A stretch of DNA of 61,646 nt, counting the filler. It is 5 parts of 5 records of this genome, joined end to end, with 100 filler letters (N's around TTAATTAATTAA, not from the genome) between each part and the next. Parts side by side here need not be neighbours in the genome. Positions count along the whole stretch, not along the records: positions 37,899 to 53,797 come from SRR31156797_5388; 4 more parts are not named here. One strand, 5' to 3'. Positions 38,175 through 48,680 of this stretch are shown here, in pieces. Under the pieces are notes generated by a model. It was not told the DNA's origin, did no database searches, and worked only from the letters and a program-made list of their open reading frames with translations. Position 1 is the first letter of the stretch. Every line of letters begins with the position of its first letter. A program made the position numbers and the translations under genes.

Positions 38175-39806
38175 CTATTGTGCAGAGTAAATCATTTCAC
38201 CTTTAATAAATGTTTTTAGAATATTAACATTATAAGTTTCTGAAATATCTATTTGCATAATATCCTTTTCCAATACCACAAAGTCTGCATTTTTTCCAAC
38301 TTCAATAGATCCTTTCTCATCTTCTTCAAACATACTTTTTGCAGCCCATATTGTCATTGCTTTTAAAGCTTCTTCTCTTGTTAATGCATTCTCAGGTTCA
38401 AATCCACCATCTGGGTAACCTTTAAAATCTTTTCTGGCTACTGCAGCATAAAAACCGTACAATGGATTAATTTCCTCTACCGGAAAATCACTTCCATTGC
38501 ACAACCAACCGTTTTGTTTCAATAGTTCTTTATAGGCAAAAGCTCCATGTATGCGATTTGGTCCTAATCTATCCTCTGCCCAATACATATCTGAAGTAGC
38601 ATGTGTAGTATTAACTGCTGGAACAATATTAAACTTTGCAAACTTTTGAAAATCATCAGGATGAATTACCTGAGCATGCTCTATGCGCCAGCGAAGGTCA
38701 TTTTCACCCTTTAAAATCTCGGCATACAAATCAAGCATTAATCGATTAGCAGAATCGCCTATAGCATGGGTGTTTACCTGATACCCATTATCAAATGCTT
38801 TTTGTACCAGATTATGCATTTCCTCCTTTGAAGTTACTATTATACCCTTATTATGAGGATCATCAGAATATGGGTCCAAAAGGCAAGCTCCCCGAGATCC
38901 AAGGGCGCCATCAGCATACAACTTAATAGATCGAACGTGCATCCTATCTGTTTTATAAATACCCTTTTCAACAAAATCAGTTATGTTTTTTTCGGTTGGT
39001 GTAAGCATGGCATATACCTGCATTTTGAGCTTATCTTCTTCCTGCATTTGATCCAGTAACTTTATCTGATCAAACTCTAATCCGGCATCTACCACAGATG
39101 TTAGGCCAACAGCAAAACAATTCTGCTCACCCTGCTGCAAATAGCCTATAGCCTCCTCTCCTTCCGGATCAGCAATCATATCAAGCAAAGGTACCATGGC
39201 ATTATCAATTAAAACACCAGTAGCTTTACCATTTTCAACGAATACATCACCACCTTCAATTTTAAAGTTCGCATCAATATTGGCTAATTTTAAGGCATAA
39301 TCATTAGCAATAGCTGCATGACCATCAATACGTCGCAAGAAAACCGGTTTATTTGGAAATGCTTTGTTCAATTTCTCATTTGTTGGAAAATCTTTTACCT
39401 CCCAATCATTTTGGTCCCATCCACGTCCAACAACCCATTCTGCATTATTCTCAGTATCCCATTTCTTTAATTTTTGCAAAATTTCGTCGAAAGACTTTGT
39501 ACCTCTTAATTCAACTTGTCTGAGGTTCATGGAATATCCATAAAAATGGCAATGCGCATCTATAAACCCAGGATATACAAATTTTCCTTTCAGGTCAATT
39601 GTATTTTCTGAAGTGTAATTTTTTAGTATTTCATTTTTGCCCAGGGCCACTATCTGTCCCTCATGAACAACTACTACAGTGGCGACTGAGAAATTATCAT
39701 CCACAGTATAAATAGTGGCATTTTTCAAAATTAAATCAACGGTCTGTTTTTCACCTGAACAACTAATCATTGCAATGGCTATTAATGCTAGAAAAAAGCT
39801 TTTCAT
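38175..39806 (-). CDS. Amidohydrolase-3 (YtcJ-like) lipoprotein
   Basis: Lipobox ISC; PGFIDAHCH, DGALGSRGA, HAIGD, RIEHAQ and GSDFP motifs; TACCTTTG promoter at 39823-30. Confidence 0.9.
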   Translation of the reverse strand: MKSFFLALIAIAMISCSGEKQTVDLILKNATIYTVDDNFSVATVVVVHEGQIVALGKNEILKNYTSENTIDLKGKFVYPGFIDAHCHFYGYSMNLRQVELRGTKSFDEILQKLKKWDTENNAEWVVGRGWDQNDWEVKDFPTNEKLNKAFPNKPVFLRRIDGHAAIANDYALKLANIDANFKIEGGDVFVENGKATGVLIDNAMVPLLDMIADPEGEEAIGYLQQGEQNCFAVGLTSVVDAGLEFDQIKLLDQMQEEDKLKMQVYAMLTPTEKNITDFVEKGIYKTDRMHVRSIKLYADGALGSRGACLLDPYSDDPHNKGIIVTSKEEMHNLVQKAFDNGYQVNTHAIGDSANRLMLDLYAEILKGENDLRWRIEHAQVIHPDDFQKFAKFNIVPAVNTTHATSDMYWAEDRLGPNRIHGAFAYKELLKQNGWLCNGSDFPVEEINPLYGFYAAVARKDFKGYPDGGFEPENALTREEALKAMTIWAAKSMFEEDEKGSIEVGKNADFVVLEKDIMQIDISETYNVNILKTFIKGEMIYSAQ

Positions 39807-39831
39807 AATTCGAGGTTTTACACAAAGGTAT

Positions 39832-39864
39832 AAAAAAAGCCGCATGAGAATAATCCATGCGGCT
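39832..39864 (-). terminator. tnaA intrinsic terminator
   Basis: AGCCGCATG-loop-CATGCGGCT followed by a T run on the minus strand. Confidence 0.85.
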
Positions 39865-39882
39865 CCTTCTCATTAATTTTAG

Positions 39883-41259
39883 TTACAGTTTTTCTAACTC
39901 AACTGTGAAGTGTCTCAAGATTGGTGCTTCTTTCAATATTTTATAACCTTTTGTGATTTTGTCTCTTCGGTCATACACATTTTTTGTAGCAGCAGCAATC
40001 ACGTCCATATGATTATTAGTATATGTCCTTCTTGGAATTGCTAATCGTAGTAATTCTAATTTTGGATATCTATTTTCATGCGTATCAGGATCGCGGTCGG
40101 CCAACAAAGTTCCGATTTCAACTCCACGAACACCAGCTTCCAGGTACAATTCAATTCCTAATGTTTGTGCAATGTACTCTTCCTTAGGCACATTAGGTAA
40201 CACTTTGGTAGCGTCAAGGAAAATAGCATGACCACCGGCTGGTTTCTGGAAAGGTACTCCATACTCTTCCAACTTTTGACCTAAATAGGCTACTTGTTTA
40301 ATTCTGGTTTCAAGATAATCAAACTCTGTTCCTTCATCTAAACCAACAGCCAATGCATTCATATCACGCCCACTCATTCCGCCGTAAGTCAAGAAACCCT
40401 CAAACATAATATTATATGTAGAAGCTTGCTTAAAAATTTCCTCATCGCGGAAACAAACAAAGCCTCCCATATTTACAATGGCATCTTTTTTAGACGACAT
40501 AGTAGCAAGGTCAGCATATTGATACATCTCTTTCACAATTTGCTTCACCGTTTTATCAGCATAACCTTTTTCACGGACTTTAATAAAGTAAGCATTTTCT
40601 GCAAAGCGGGCCGAATCAAACAAGAGTTTAATACCATAATTTTGAGCCATTTTTGCTACAGCTTTGATATTTTCCATAGATACTGGTTGTCCACCAGCTG
40701 TATTGTTTGTCAGAGTTAAAACAATAAAAGGAATTTGTTCTTTTGGATACTCTTTAAGTACCTTTTCTAATTTAATTAAATCAACATTTCCTTTAAATGG
40801 ATGCTCATGTTCCGGATCAAAAGCTTCATCAATTGTGCAATCAATAGCATGTGCTTTTCTAAACTCAATGTGTCCTTTTGTGGTATCAAAATGACTATTC
40901 CCCGGAACTACATGTCCTTCTTTTACCAAAACAGAAAATAGCACATTCTCCGCAGCACGTCCCTGATGCGTAGGTAAAAAATAATCAAAACCCAAAATAT
41001 TCTTCAAGGCATCTTTCATATTGTAATATGAACGTGCTCCTGCATAAGACTCATCACCCATCATCATTGCAGACCACTGACGATCACTCATGGCACCTGT
41101 CCCTGAATCAGTTAAAAGGTCAATATATACCTGATCACTTCTTAGATTAAAGAGATTATATTTAGCATTTTTGATCCAATGCTCACGCTCTTCGCGTGTA
41201 CTTTTTCTGATGGACTCAACCATCTTTATTTTATAGGATTCTGCAAATGGAATTTCCAT
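39883..41259 (-). CDS. tnaA: Tryptophanase
   Basis: DLLTDSGT, THQGRAAE and SSKKD (PLP Lys). HFDTT, VEIG and LRHFT favour tryptophanase over tyrosine phenol-lyase. ATG 41259. Confidence 0.93.
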   Translation of the reverse strand: MEIPFAESYKIKMVESIRKSTREEREHWIKNAKYNLFNLRSDQVYIDLLTDSGTGAMSDRQWSAMMMGDESYAGARSYYNMKDALKNILGFDYFLPTHQGRAAENVLFSVLVKEGHVVPGNSHFDTTKGHIEFRKAHAIDCTIDEAFDPEHEHPFKGNVDLIKLEKVLKEYPKEQIPFIVLTLTNNTAGGQPVSMENIKAVAKMAQNYGIKLLFDSARFAENAYFIKVREKGYADKTVKQIVKEMYQYADLATMSSKKDAIVNMGGFVCFRDEEIFKQASTYNIMFEGFLTYGGMSGRDMNALAVGLDEGTEFDYLETRIKQVAYLGQKLEEYGVPFQKPAGGHAIFLDATKVLPNVPKEEYIAQTLGIELYLEAGVRGVEIGTLLADRDPDTHENRYPKLELLRLAIPRRTYTNNHMDVIAAATKNVYDRRDKITKGYKILKEAPILRHFTVELEKL

Positions 41260-41319
41260 AATAATAGATTTAATATTAAACAAAACTTGAAAAAAAGAGG
41301 AGAAACAAGCAGGAATAGA

Positions 41320-41403
41320 TTAGTAGTGGAAAACATCCCTACGTTTAATATTAAGATAACGAGTTGTAGCTAAAACGGATATGTTATTTATTTCACTCAT
41401 CAT
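41320..41403 (-). CDS. Putative TnaC-like leader peptide, 27 aa
   Basis: MMSEINNISVLATTRYLNIKRRDVFHY*, ending 60 nt before tnaA and starting 4 nt after a TAAATTTG -7 box (41408-41415). Confidence 0.6.
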   Translation of the reverse strand: MMSEINNISVLATTRYLNIKRRDVFHY

Positions 41404-41530
41404 AATGCAAATTTAAGCATTTGAAAAAAAAGACAAAAACTTGAACCAAAATTATTTAGGTTTGTTAAATTTAATTGGTTGGTAAAAAACATATCTTTAA
41501 ATTTATAAATCATATTAAAATCAACACATC

Positions 41531-42430
41531 ATGAAGTATATTCTATCTTTTCTGTTATTATTTGTAACAATTTATGCTACCGCTCAAGACGAAATGCCAA
41601 ACACTGAAACACCAAAAGATACTGCATGGACTTTTGAGGGCATCTCAAGCCTTAACTTTACTCAAGGATCAGTAAAACACTGGGCACAAGGTGGTGAAGA
41701 TTTTTTTAGTGCGCTCTTATTAAATGATTATACTATTTCCTACGACAAGAAAAAGGCCTCCTGGGAAAATTTATTCAACTATAAACTCGGAGGAACCCAA
41801 CAAGGTGTTGGTAGATTTAATCAAAGAAAAACTGAAGATATCTTTGAATTCAATAGCAAATTTGGTTATGAAATCACCAATAAAAAACTATTCTTTTCCA
41901 ATGTGGTGAATTTTAAAACGCAATTTTTACCAAGTTATGAATATCCAGATGAAGATACTAGAGTACCAATTGGCGAATTTTTAAATCCTGCTTATCTAGT
42001 AGTAGCAACGGGTTTCGAATACAAATATAAAAAAATGCTTAGCGTTTTAGTTTCACCAATTTCAGGTAAAGCTACTTTTGTTACTGATACGCTTTATTCG
42101 GTACCTTATGGTTTAGAAGCAGGTGAAACCTATAGAGCAGAAATGGGTGCTTACATAAAAATAAATTTCAAAAAAGAAATAATGAAGAACGTGAGGCTCC
42201 AGTCATCCTTAGAGGTCTTTAATAATTACTTTGAGGATCCCTATACATTAAAAAACAATACTGATATGGATTGGCAAACCACAATAAACTTGAAGGTAAA
42301 TGAATATATAAAAGCTGTCTTATTTGCACATTTTATGTGGAATGCAGATGTAATACAAAGAGTTCAAATAAAGGAAACACTAGGAATTGGGATTAGCTAC
42401 TCATTTGATAGTACAAAGAAAAAATCGTAA
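41531..42430 (+). CDS. DUF3078 family outer-membrane protein
   Basis: NFTQ..WAQGG, FKTQF, NPAY and QIKETLGIG motifs. Confidence 0.85.
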   Translation: MKYILSFLLLFVTIYATAQDEMPNTETPKDTAWTFEGISSLNFTQGSVKHWAQGGEDFFSALLLNDYTISYDKKKASWENLFNYKLGGTQQGVGRFNQRKTEDIFEFNSKFGYEITNKKLFFSNVVNFKTQFLPSYEYPDEDTRVPIGEFLNPAYLVVATGFEYKYKKMLSVLVSPISGKATFVTDTLYSVPYGLEAGETYRAEMGAYIKINFKKEIMKNVRLQSSLEVFNNYFEDPYTLKNNTDMDWQTTINLKVNEYIKAVLFAHFMWNADVIQRVQIKETLGIGISYSFDSTKKKS

Positions 42431-43253
42431 TTGTAGCATAAACAACACTGGCTACACCATTGGTAGTAAAAAAAGCCAGATTAACTTTCGACAAATCTGA
42501 AATTTTAACAATTAAATGCTGGTAAAGCAATAAAAAAACAAAAATACCGGCACCAATAAAATAAATAAAAGATAAGTTGAGCCAGTACCCAATTAGAATA
42601 ATAATTGCACCTGAAAATATATGTATAGCCCTGGAAATCCACAGGGCTTTTTTTCGCCCAAAATATGAAGGAATTGAGAACAATCCTTGCTCCTTATCAA
42701 AGCTATCATCTTGTAAGGAATAAATTATATCAAACCCGGTTACCCACAACAGCACAGCAACTGAAAGCAATATTGGAATCCAGTGAAAATATCCGGTAAC
42801 TGCTATAAAAGCCCCAATAGGTGCCAATGAAAGTCCAATTCCAAGAATAAAATGGCATAGCCATGTAAACCGTTTCGTCAAACTATAACCCAAAACCACT
42901 GCCATAGCCACAAACGATAAGTAGAAGCATAATAAATTGATAAACCAGGTTGTTACTATAAATGCTACCACGTTTAAAATCACAAACCAACCAGCAGCTT
43001 TCACAGAAACCTTACCTGAAGGAATTTCCCTTTTGGCAGTACGATCATTTTTAGCATCAATATGTCTATCCACATAACGATTAAATCCCATCGCAGCATT
43101 GCGGGCAAAAACCATTGCAAGTAAAACCAATAATAAATCTAACCATTGAAAATCTTCACCAAAACCTTTTACAGCTAAAAAGTAACCCACTAAAGCAAAA
43201 GGCATAGCAAAAATGGTATGTGCAAACTTAACCAAAGATAAATATTTCTGCAT
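42393..43253 (-). CDS. UbiA-like polyprenyltransferase (MqnP-like)
   Basis: HTIFAMPF, NRYVDRHID..NDRT..R and FDIIYSLQD motifs; ATG 43253. Confidence 0.9.
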   Translation of the reverse strand: MQKYLSLVKFAHTIFAMPFALVGYFLAVKGFGEDFQWLDLLLVLLAMVFARNAAMGFNRYVDRHIDAKNDRTAKREIPSGKVSVKAAGWFVILNVVAFIVTTWFINLLCFYLSFVAMAVVLGYSLTKRFTWLCHFILGIGLSLAPIGAFIAVTGYFHWIPILLSVAVLLWVTGFDIIYSLQDDSFDKEQGLFSIPSYFGRKKALWISRAIHIFSGAIIILIGYWLNLSFIYFIGAGIFVFLLLYQHLIVKISDLSKVNLAFFTTNGVASVVYATITIFSLYYQMSS

Positions 43254-43493
43254 AATGCTCAATCTGATTAAAACTATTGGTAAAAATAAAACTTTAACCT
43301 TAATACTCAATAAAAACAACAATTCACTCAATTAATGAATAAAAAAAAGATATGCTATTCTTTTTTTAATCTCAATTTTCATAAATTAGCCTGTGTGATA
43401 ATTATTTACTATGAAAAAATGATGACCTTTTGTACTTATTTTAAATCAAAAGATCATTATTAAATCAAACAACCTATAACTAAAATTACATTT

Positions 43494-45353
43494 ATGAAAA
43501 AATTTAACTTTTTGCTACTATTTGTGATGCTAATTGCCTCATCACAAGTTTTCTCTCAATTAGTTTATACTGATGATTTTGAAGGTTATACTGCCGGCAC
43601 TGGGATTGCTGAGCAAGATACAACCGCTACATGGACAACATGGGGTGATGACCCTGGTAGTGCAGAGGATCCATTAGTGACAGATGAAGCTGCACACAAT
43701 GGTACTCATTCTATTGTTATTCAAGGCACAAACGATGGTGTATTACTACTTAATGACCTTACAGAAAACCGTTATCGTGTAGAGTTTTATTTAATGGTTC
43801 CTAATGGTACAGTTGGCTATTACAACATACTTCAGGATTTTGCCGGAAGTGGCTCTACATGGGGAATGCAAATCTATTTTAATAATGGAGTTGGAACAAT
43901 TGATGGAGATGGTGAATCTGCTGCATCTTTTAACTTTACGCATGGTGAATGGATGAAAATTCAGCATTTTATCGATCTGGATAATGACTGGATTGATTTT
44001 TATATCAACGACTCATTAGTACACGCATATCAATGGAGCGTAGGAACTTTTGGATCAAGCAATATGAACAAACTTGATGCATTTAACTTCTATGCCTGGA
44101 ATAATAGTGGAGCTTCCACACCAAAATTCTTTATGGATGATTATCTAATTGAGCAGGTAGCAGTACCCAATCCACCAGAAAATTTAGCGGCTGCTGTAAA
44201 TGGTGCCGACATAGATTTAAGCTGGGACGCCCCAAGTGAAGGAGATCCTGTTTCATATTCAATAATTAGAAACGGAGAAGAAATTGCAATTGTAGACAAT
44301 ACAACTACAACATATACTGATGAAGGGTTGTACCCAAGAACATACAATTACGAGCTTAAAGCATTCTACGGAGAAGCAGTTGGCTATTCATCCTCAGTAG
44401 GGCCAGTTGAAGCTACAATTCCGGGTGGAGTAGCTCGTAACTTTACACTAATGGAGATTTTTACCGGAACATGGTGTCAATATTGCCCTGCTATTGCAGT
44501 TGCAGCTGATGACCTCGGTCAAACTGATGCCAATGTAGCTATTCTAGAGTATCACAATGGAGATGCGTATGTAATCCCCGGAGCCACAATACGTGAAAAT
44601 TACTATGCTGTTACAGGGTTTCCAACTACAAATCTCGATGGACAATTGATGTTTGCTGGTGGAGGTGGACCAGGTGATTCTCAACCATTTTTTGAGGCTA
44701 TGGAAACACAGCAAGAAATTAACATTGATGTTCCATCTGTTGCTACACTTGATGTTGAGGTAACCTATATCGACTCCGTTAATTTTGATATTGACATCAC
44801 TACTGAAGAAACTTACGATTGGTATGGTGATAATTTGGCACTTCATGTTGTGTTAACTGAATCAGGTATAACTGAAAGCTGGCAAGGCTTGAGTGATTTA
44901 CATTATGTAGTGCGAGAAATGCTTCCTGATGGAAACGGAACTGCTTTCAATTTCAGTACTGCAATTTCTCATGACTTTGCATTTCAACTTGAATTGGAAT
45001 CAGGTTGGGTAAAAGATGAATGTGAACTGGTAGCATTTATTCAAGATAATGACACTAAAGAAATTTTACAGGCCGTAATGATTGACATGTCAACAATAGT
45101 GCCTGTTGGAATTCAATCAACACCTGAAATTAAAGCTTCAGTACATCCAAATCCTATGAAAGACCAAATCAGCATTACTGCCAATGATGCAATTCAAATA
45201 GTGGAAATAATGAATCTTGCCGGACAAACAATTTTAACACAAAACTTCAATCAAAGCTCAGTAAAAGTAAACACAACTGACCTATTAGATGGAGTATACA
45301 TCGTAAAAATTAAGACAACTAATGGCCTGGTAACCCAAAAAGTTATTAAATAA
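43494..45353 (+). CDS. T9SS-secreted Omp28-related protein (FN3-like, thioredoxin-like CxxC, CTD)
   Basis: FTGTWCQYCP, GFPT, HYVVR; C-terminal HPNP...GVYIVK...KVIK. Confidence 0.85.
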   Translation: MKKFNFLLLFVMLIASSQVFSQLVYTDDFEGYTAGTGIAEQDTTATWTTWGDDPGSAEDPLVTDEAAHNGTHSIVIQGTNDGVLLLNDLTENRYRVEFYLMVPNGTVGYYNILQDFAGSGSTWGMQIYFNNGVGTIDGDGESAASFNFTHGEWMKIQHFIDLDNDWIDFYINDSLVHAYQWSVGTFGSSNMNKLDAFNFYAWNNSGASTPKFFMDDYLIEQVAVPNPPENLAAAVNGADIDLSWDAPSEGDPVSYSIIRNGEEIAIVDNTTTTYTDEGLYPRTYNYELKAFYGEAVGYSSSVGPVEATIPGGVARNFTLMEIFTGTWCQYCPAIAVAADDLGQTDANVAILEYHNGDAYVIPGATIRENYYAVTGFPTTNLDGQLMFAGGGGPGDSQPFFEAMETQQEINIDVPSVATLDVEVTYIDSVNFDIDITTEETYDWYGDNLALHVVLTESGITESWQGLSDLHYVVREMLPDGNGTAFNFSTAISHDFAFQLELESGWVKDECELVAFIQDNDTKEILQAVMIDMSTIVPVGIQSTPEIKASVHPNPMKDQISITANDAIQIVEIMNLAGQTILTQNFNQSSVKVNTTDLLDGVYIVKIKTTNGLVTQKVIK

Positions 45354-45372
45354 GATTATACAATACATGCAG

Positions 45373-45408
45373 AACTGCCTCCGGATTAAAACCAGAGGCA
45401 GTTTTTTT
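45373..45408 (+). terminator. Intrinsic terminator
   Basis: AACTGCCTC...GAGGCAGTT followed by a T run. Confidence 0.85.
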
Positions 45409-45462
45409 ATGTTAAAACAAACTCATACTTTTATAATCATAATCATTTATTGTTTATAGAAA

Positions 45463-45999
45463 ATGAAGCAATGGCAACTTAATATAAAAAACTACTTTCT
45501 ATCTCCTTTCAATTGGAGAATAGCTATTGCTTTTGCCCTGGGACTAATCATTTCAGCACTCTTAATGGATTTTGAGTTTGCGTCCAATATCATTCGCAAT
45601 CATCAATTTACAATAGCATTCAGTAATTTTCTGGCATTAATAACAGGAGGAATTATACAACTCCTGGGATACGATATTAATATAATTGAAAATGCTATAT
45701 GGTTTACATCAAACAATGGTGTATACTTTGCTTTTGGATGTTTAGGTTATAGAGAACTAATATGGTTTTCCATTTTTTTAACTATTGCTCCCGGACCTAT
45801 CAAACATAAAATTTGGTTTATTCCAACCGGCCTTGTTGTGATTGAGATTAGTAACATTCTTAGAGCAGTAAGCATTGCCATCTCAAACTTTCATGCACCG
45901 CAGTCTTTTGAGATTATCCACGCGCAAGGCACGCTTTGGTTCGTTTATGGTACTGTGCTGGCATTATGGTTGATATGGCTACATTTTTTCAGAAAATGA
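45463..45999 (+). CDS. Short exosortase/archaeosortase family protein
   Basis: Cys in GCLG, Arg in NILR, His in IIH; multiple TM helices. Confidence 0.75.
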   Translation: MKQWQLNIKNYFLSPFNWRIAIAFALGLIISALLMDFEFASNIIRNHQFTIAFSNFLALITGGIIQLLGYDINIIENAIWFTSNNGVYFAFGCLGYRELIWFSIFLTIAPGPIKHKIWFIPTGLVVIEISNILRAVSIAISNFHAPQSFEIIHAQGTLWFVYGTVLALWLIWLHFFRK

Positions 46000-46134
46000 C
46001 AAACTGACACGATAATAAGCAAGCATGCAAACACAATACTATACATTCATTATCAAGTAGTTAATACCACATCAACTTAGATTTTTAAACAGAAATGGAA
46101 TAGTGTTTGTTATTAAATTATAAAAGGTTCAGCT

Positions 46135-46722
46135 ATGTATTCGAAAACTAAAATATTCGATTTTAAGGAGGACCCAAAAAATGTGAAACCCGGTTCTATA
46201 TTGATCTCAGAACCATTTTCAAGGGACGCATATTTTGGGAAATCTATCGTGCTTATTGCTGAACATAATGATAAAGGTACCATTGGATTTATTCTAAATA
46301 AACCTGTTAAAATGCCATTGAGTGACCTAATGAAAGAGTTTCCTGACATTAAAACCAACATCTCTATTGGGGGACCAGTTGAGACAAATTCGGTTCACTA
46401 CATACATACACTTGGAAATCAAATTGAAGGAGCTAAACCTATTTCAAATGGTTTGTATTGGGGAGGTGACTTCAAAAAATTAAATCAACTTGCCACTTTA
46501 GGACTAGTCGAACAACGCCATGCAAAATTTTTCATTGGATATTCAGGCTGGAAACCAGACCAGTTAAAAGATGAAATAGAAAAGAACTATTGGAAAATAG
46601 GAAACATGAGCAACCCAAGTATAATAGATAATGATCCTAGAATGTGGTACAATATTGTTATGCAGCTTGGAGAGTCATTTAAGCCCTGGTTGAATGTACC
46701 TGAAAATCCATCATGGAATTAA
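46135..46722 (+). CDS. YqgE/AlgH family protein
   Basis: GFILNKP, GGPV and GYSGW..QL..E motifs; PSWN end. Confidence 0.93.
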   Translation: MYSKTKIFDFKEDPKNVKPGSILISEPFSRDAYFGKSIVLIAEHNDKGTIGFILNKPVKMPLSDLMKEFPDIKTNISIGGPVETNSVHYIHTLGNQIEGAKPISNGLYWGGDFKKLNQLATLGLVEQRHAKFFIGYSGWKPDQLKDEIEKNYWKIGNMSNPSIIDNDPRMWYNIVMQLGESFKPWLNVPENPSWN

Positions 46723-47570
46723 TCTCTGACCATTTCATTAAGTTCCTTAGAAAACTCCGCTCCAATTGTTGAGTAAAATCGTCTATCTTTAAATCCTTTG
46801 ACCCAATTTATACCTTGAATTGCATTTGTAAGCATTATTTCGTCAGCATCAAGCATTTCTTGCTCTGTAATTGGTTTATCGATTATTTCATAGCTTTTTT
46901 CTTGAGCAAGCCCAATCACAACTTTACGCATTGTACCATTTAAAGCTCCTTGGTCAGGTCCAGGTGCTTTAATTTGCTTTCCCTTTATCAAAAGCACATT
47001 GGAATTTACTGTTTCAATAATAAGTCCATCCCTATTCAGCAAGAACACATCATCATAGCCATTATCTTGAGCTGATATTCCTGCCAATACATAAAGTAAG
47101 CTGCTGGTTGTTTTAATTGAAGATAATATATCGTTATTTTTAACTAAATCTTTATATAAACCCATAATGCGACCAGTTCCCTTAAATGGATATATTGGCT
47201 CCGTAACTAAAGGCTCACAATTTAATATAAATCCTGTTTGCTGTTTTTGAGGAGTATATTTACCTTCTGCTTTTCGGTAAACAGTTAAACGAATTCTGGC
47301 TCCTTTATACCATTTATTCTTGATTAAAACCTGTTCAATATGTTTGGCTATTCTATCCTTACTCAGATCGTCAATTATTTCAAGTTTTAATAATTGCATG
47401 GAATATTGTAATCTTTCAACATGCAAATTGAGAAATGGAACTTTTGTATCCACAACCCTAATCGTCTCAAATAGCCCATCACCGTATAAAAAAGACCTAT
47501 TTATAGAAGAGATTATATTATCATCTCTCATCCACTGACCATCTTTTAATATCCAGGGAGAACTATCCAT
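46719..47570 (-). CDS. Aminotransferase class IV (PabC/IlvE-like)
   Basis: YGDGLFET, HVERL, IKT, ETVNSN and GTMR motifs. Confidence 0.88.
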   Translation of the reverse strand: MDSSPWILKDGQWMRDDNIISSINRSFLYGDGLFETIRVVDTKVPFLNLHVERLQYSMQLLKLEIIDDLSKDRIAKHIEQVLIKNKWYKGARIRLTVYRKAEGKYTPQKQQTGFILNCEPLVTEPIYPFKGTGRIMGLYKDLVKNNDILSSIKTTSSLLYVLAGISAQDNGYDDVFLLNRDGLIIETVNSNVLLIKGKQIKAPGPDQGALNGTMRKVVIGLAQEKSYEIIDKPITEQEMLDADEIMLTNAIQGINWVKGFKDRRFYSTIGAEFSKELNEMVRD

Positions 47571-48064
47571 TATTTAGAAAGTATCTGATCTAAAATCTTT
47601 AAAGCGGATGTATTAGATTCGATTTTAAATGAAGCCTTCAAACCAGCTTTTTTACCTGCTTCAATATCCCGATCAGAATCACCAATCAGAAAAGAAGAAT
47701 TCATGTCAATATTATACTTTGCTGCAGCTCTTTCAATTAGCAATGGTGAAGGCTTACGACATAGGCATTGCTCAACTTTATCATGATGTGGACAAAAGAA
47801 AAAATCGGTTATATCCCCTCCTTCTTTTATAATATCATTTTTTACTTTCTGATGCAAAAAATCAACATCAGAAGGCTCATAAATTCCTTTTGAAATACCA
47901 CCCTGGTTACTAATTACTATTATTAAAAAACCAGCTTCAGTAACCTGATTAATAACTTGAAAAATATCAGGATTATACTTCAATTGATCTTCCCGATAAA
48001 TATAATAATGTTTTGAATTATCATTTATTACACCATCACGATCAAGAAATACGGCTTTATTCAT
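47570..48064 (-). CDS. gmhB: HAD-IIIA hydrolase, heptose-1,7-bisphosphate phosphatase-like
   Basis: FLDRDGVIN, SNQGG, CPHH..CLCRKP and IGDS motifs. Confidence 0.8.
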   Translation of the reverse strand: MNKAVFLDRDGVINDNSKHYYIYREDQLKYNPDIFQVINQVTEAGFLIIVISNQGGISKGIYEPSDVDFLHQKVKNDIIKEGGDITDFFFCPHHDKVEQCLCRKPSPLLIERAAAKYNIDMNSSFLIGDSDRDIEAGKKAGLKASFKIESNTSALKILDQILSK

Positions 48065-48068
48065 ATAA

Positions 48069-48677
48069 CTACCAATTAACTAACTGATATATAAATTGAT
48101 GTATAAGTTCCGGTCTTAAAATTATAGGAAAAATAAATCCAAAGATAGCTCCATAAAAGTGAGCATCATGACCAATATTATCTACATTCTTTTTGCCCAT
48201 ATACCAGGAATACCATAGATAACCCAATCCAAACAAAATTCCGGGAATTGGTACTACCCCGAAAAATAATATTTCTTCTAACGGGGCAAAAAATATACAA
48301 GCAAAAACTACTGCTGAAACTGCGCCAGAAGCTCCTACTGCATGATATTGCGCATTATCTTTATGTTTAAATAAGCTAACAACACTACTAGCAACTACCG
48401 CTAATACATAAAAAATTAAAACCAACAGGCTGGCAGGTATAAAATCAAAAAAATGATTAAAAAAGAATCTTAATGGAATAGCAAAGGAATAGAGTACTAA
48501 CATATTTACAATCAGATGCACCCAATCTGCATGCAACAATGCATGAGTAAAAAGACGAAAATATTGCTTCCGCTTTACAATTTGATAGGGAGAAAAATTG
48601 TAACGATACATAATCTCAGGTTGCTGAAAGGCATACACTGAGATTATACCGGTTAATACAATTAGGAATATTACCAT
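48069..48677 (-). CDS. Rhomboid intramembrane serine protease
   Basis: HADWVHLIVNM, GASG and AHFYGA motifs. Confidence 0.93.
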   Translation of the reverse strand: MVIFLIVLTGIISVYAFQQPEIMYRYNFSPYQIVKRKQYFRLFTHALLHADWVHLIVNMLVLYSFAIPLRFFFNHFFDFIPASLLVLIFYVLAVVASSVVSLFKHKDNAQYHAVGASGAVSAVVFACIFFAPLEEILFFGVVPIPGILFGLGYLWYSWYMGKKNVDNIGHDAHFYGAIFGFIFPIILRPELIHQFIYQLVNW

Positions 48678-48680
48678 TAT

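Noticed and set aside
39883-41259. Tyrosine phenol-lyase, suggested by the Tyr-containing leader
   Set aside because: HFDTT, EIG and RHFT are tryptophanase-type; tyrosine phenol-lyase has YFTTT, ERG and RFFT.
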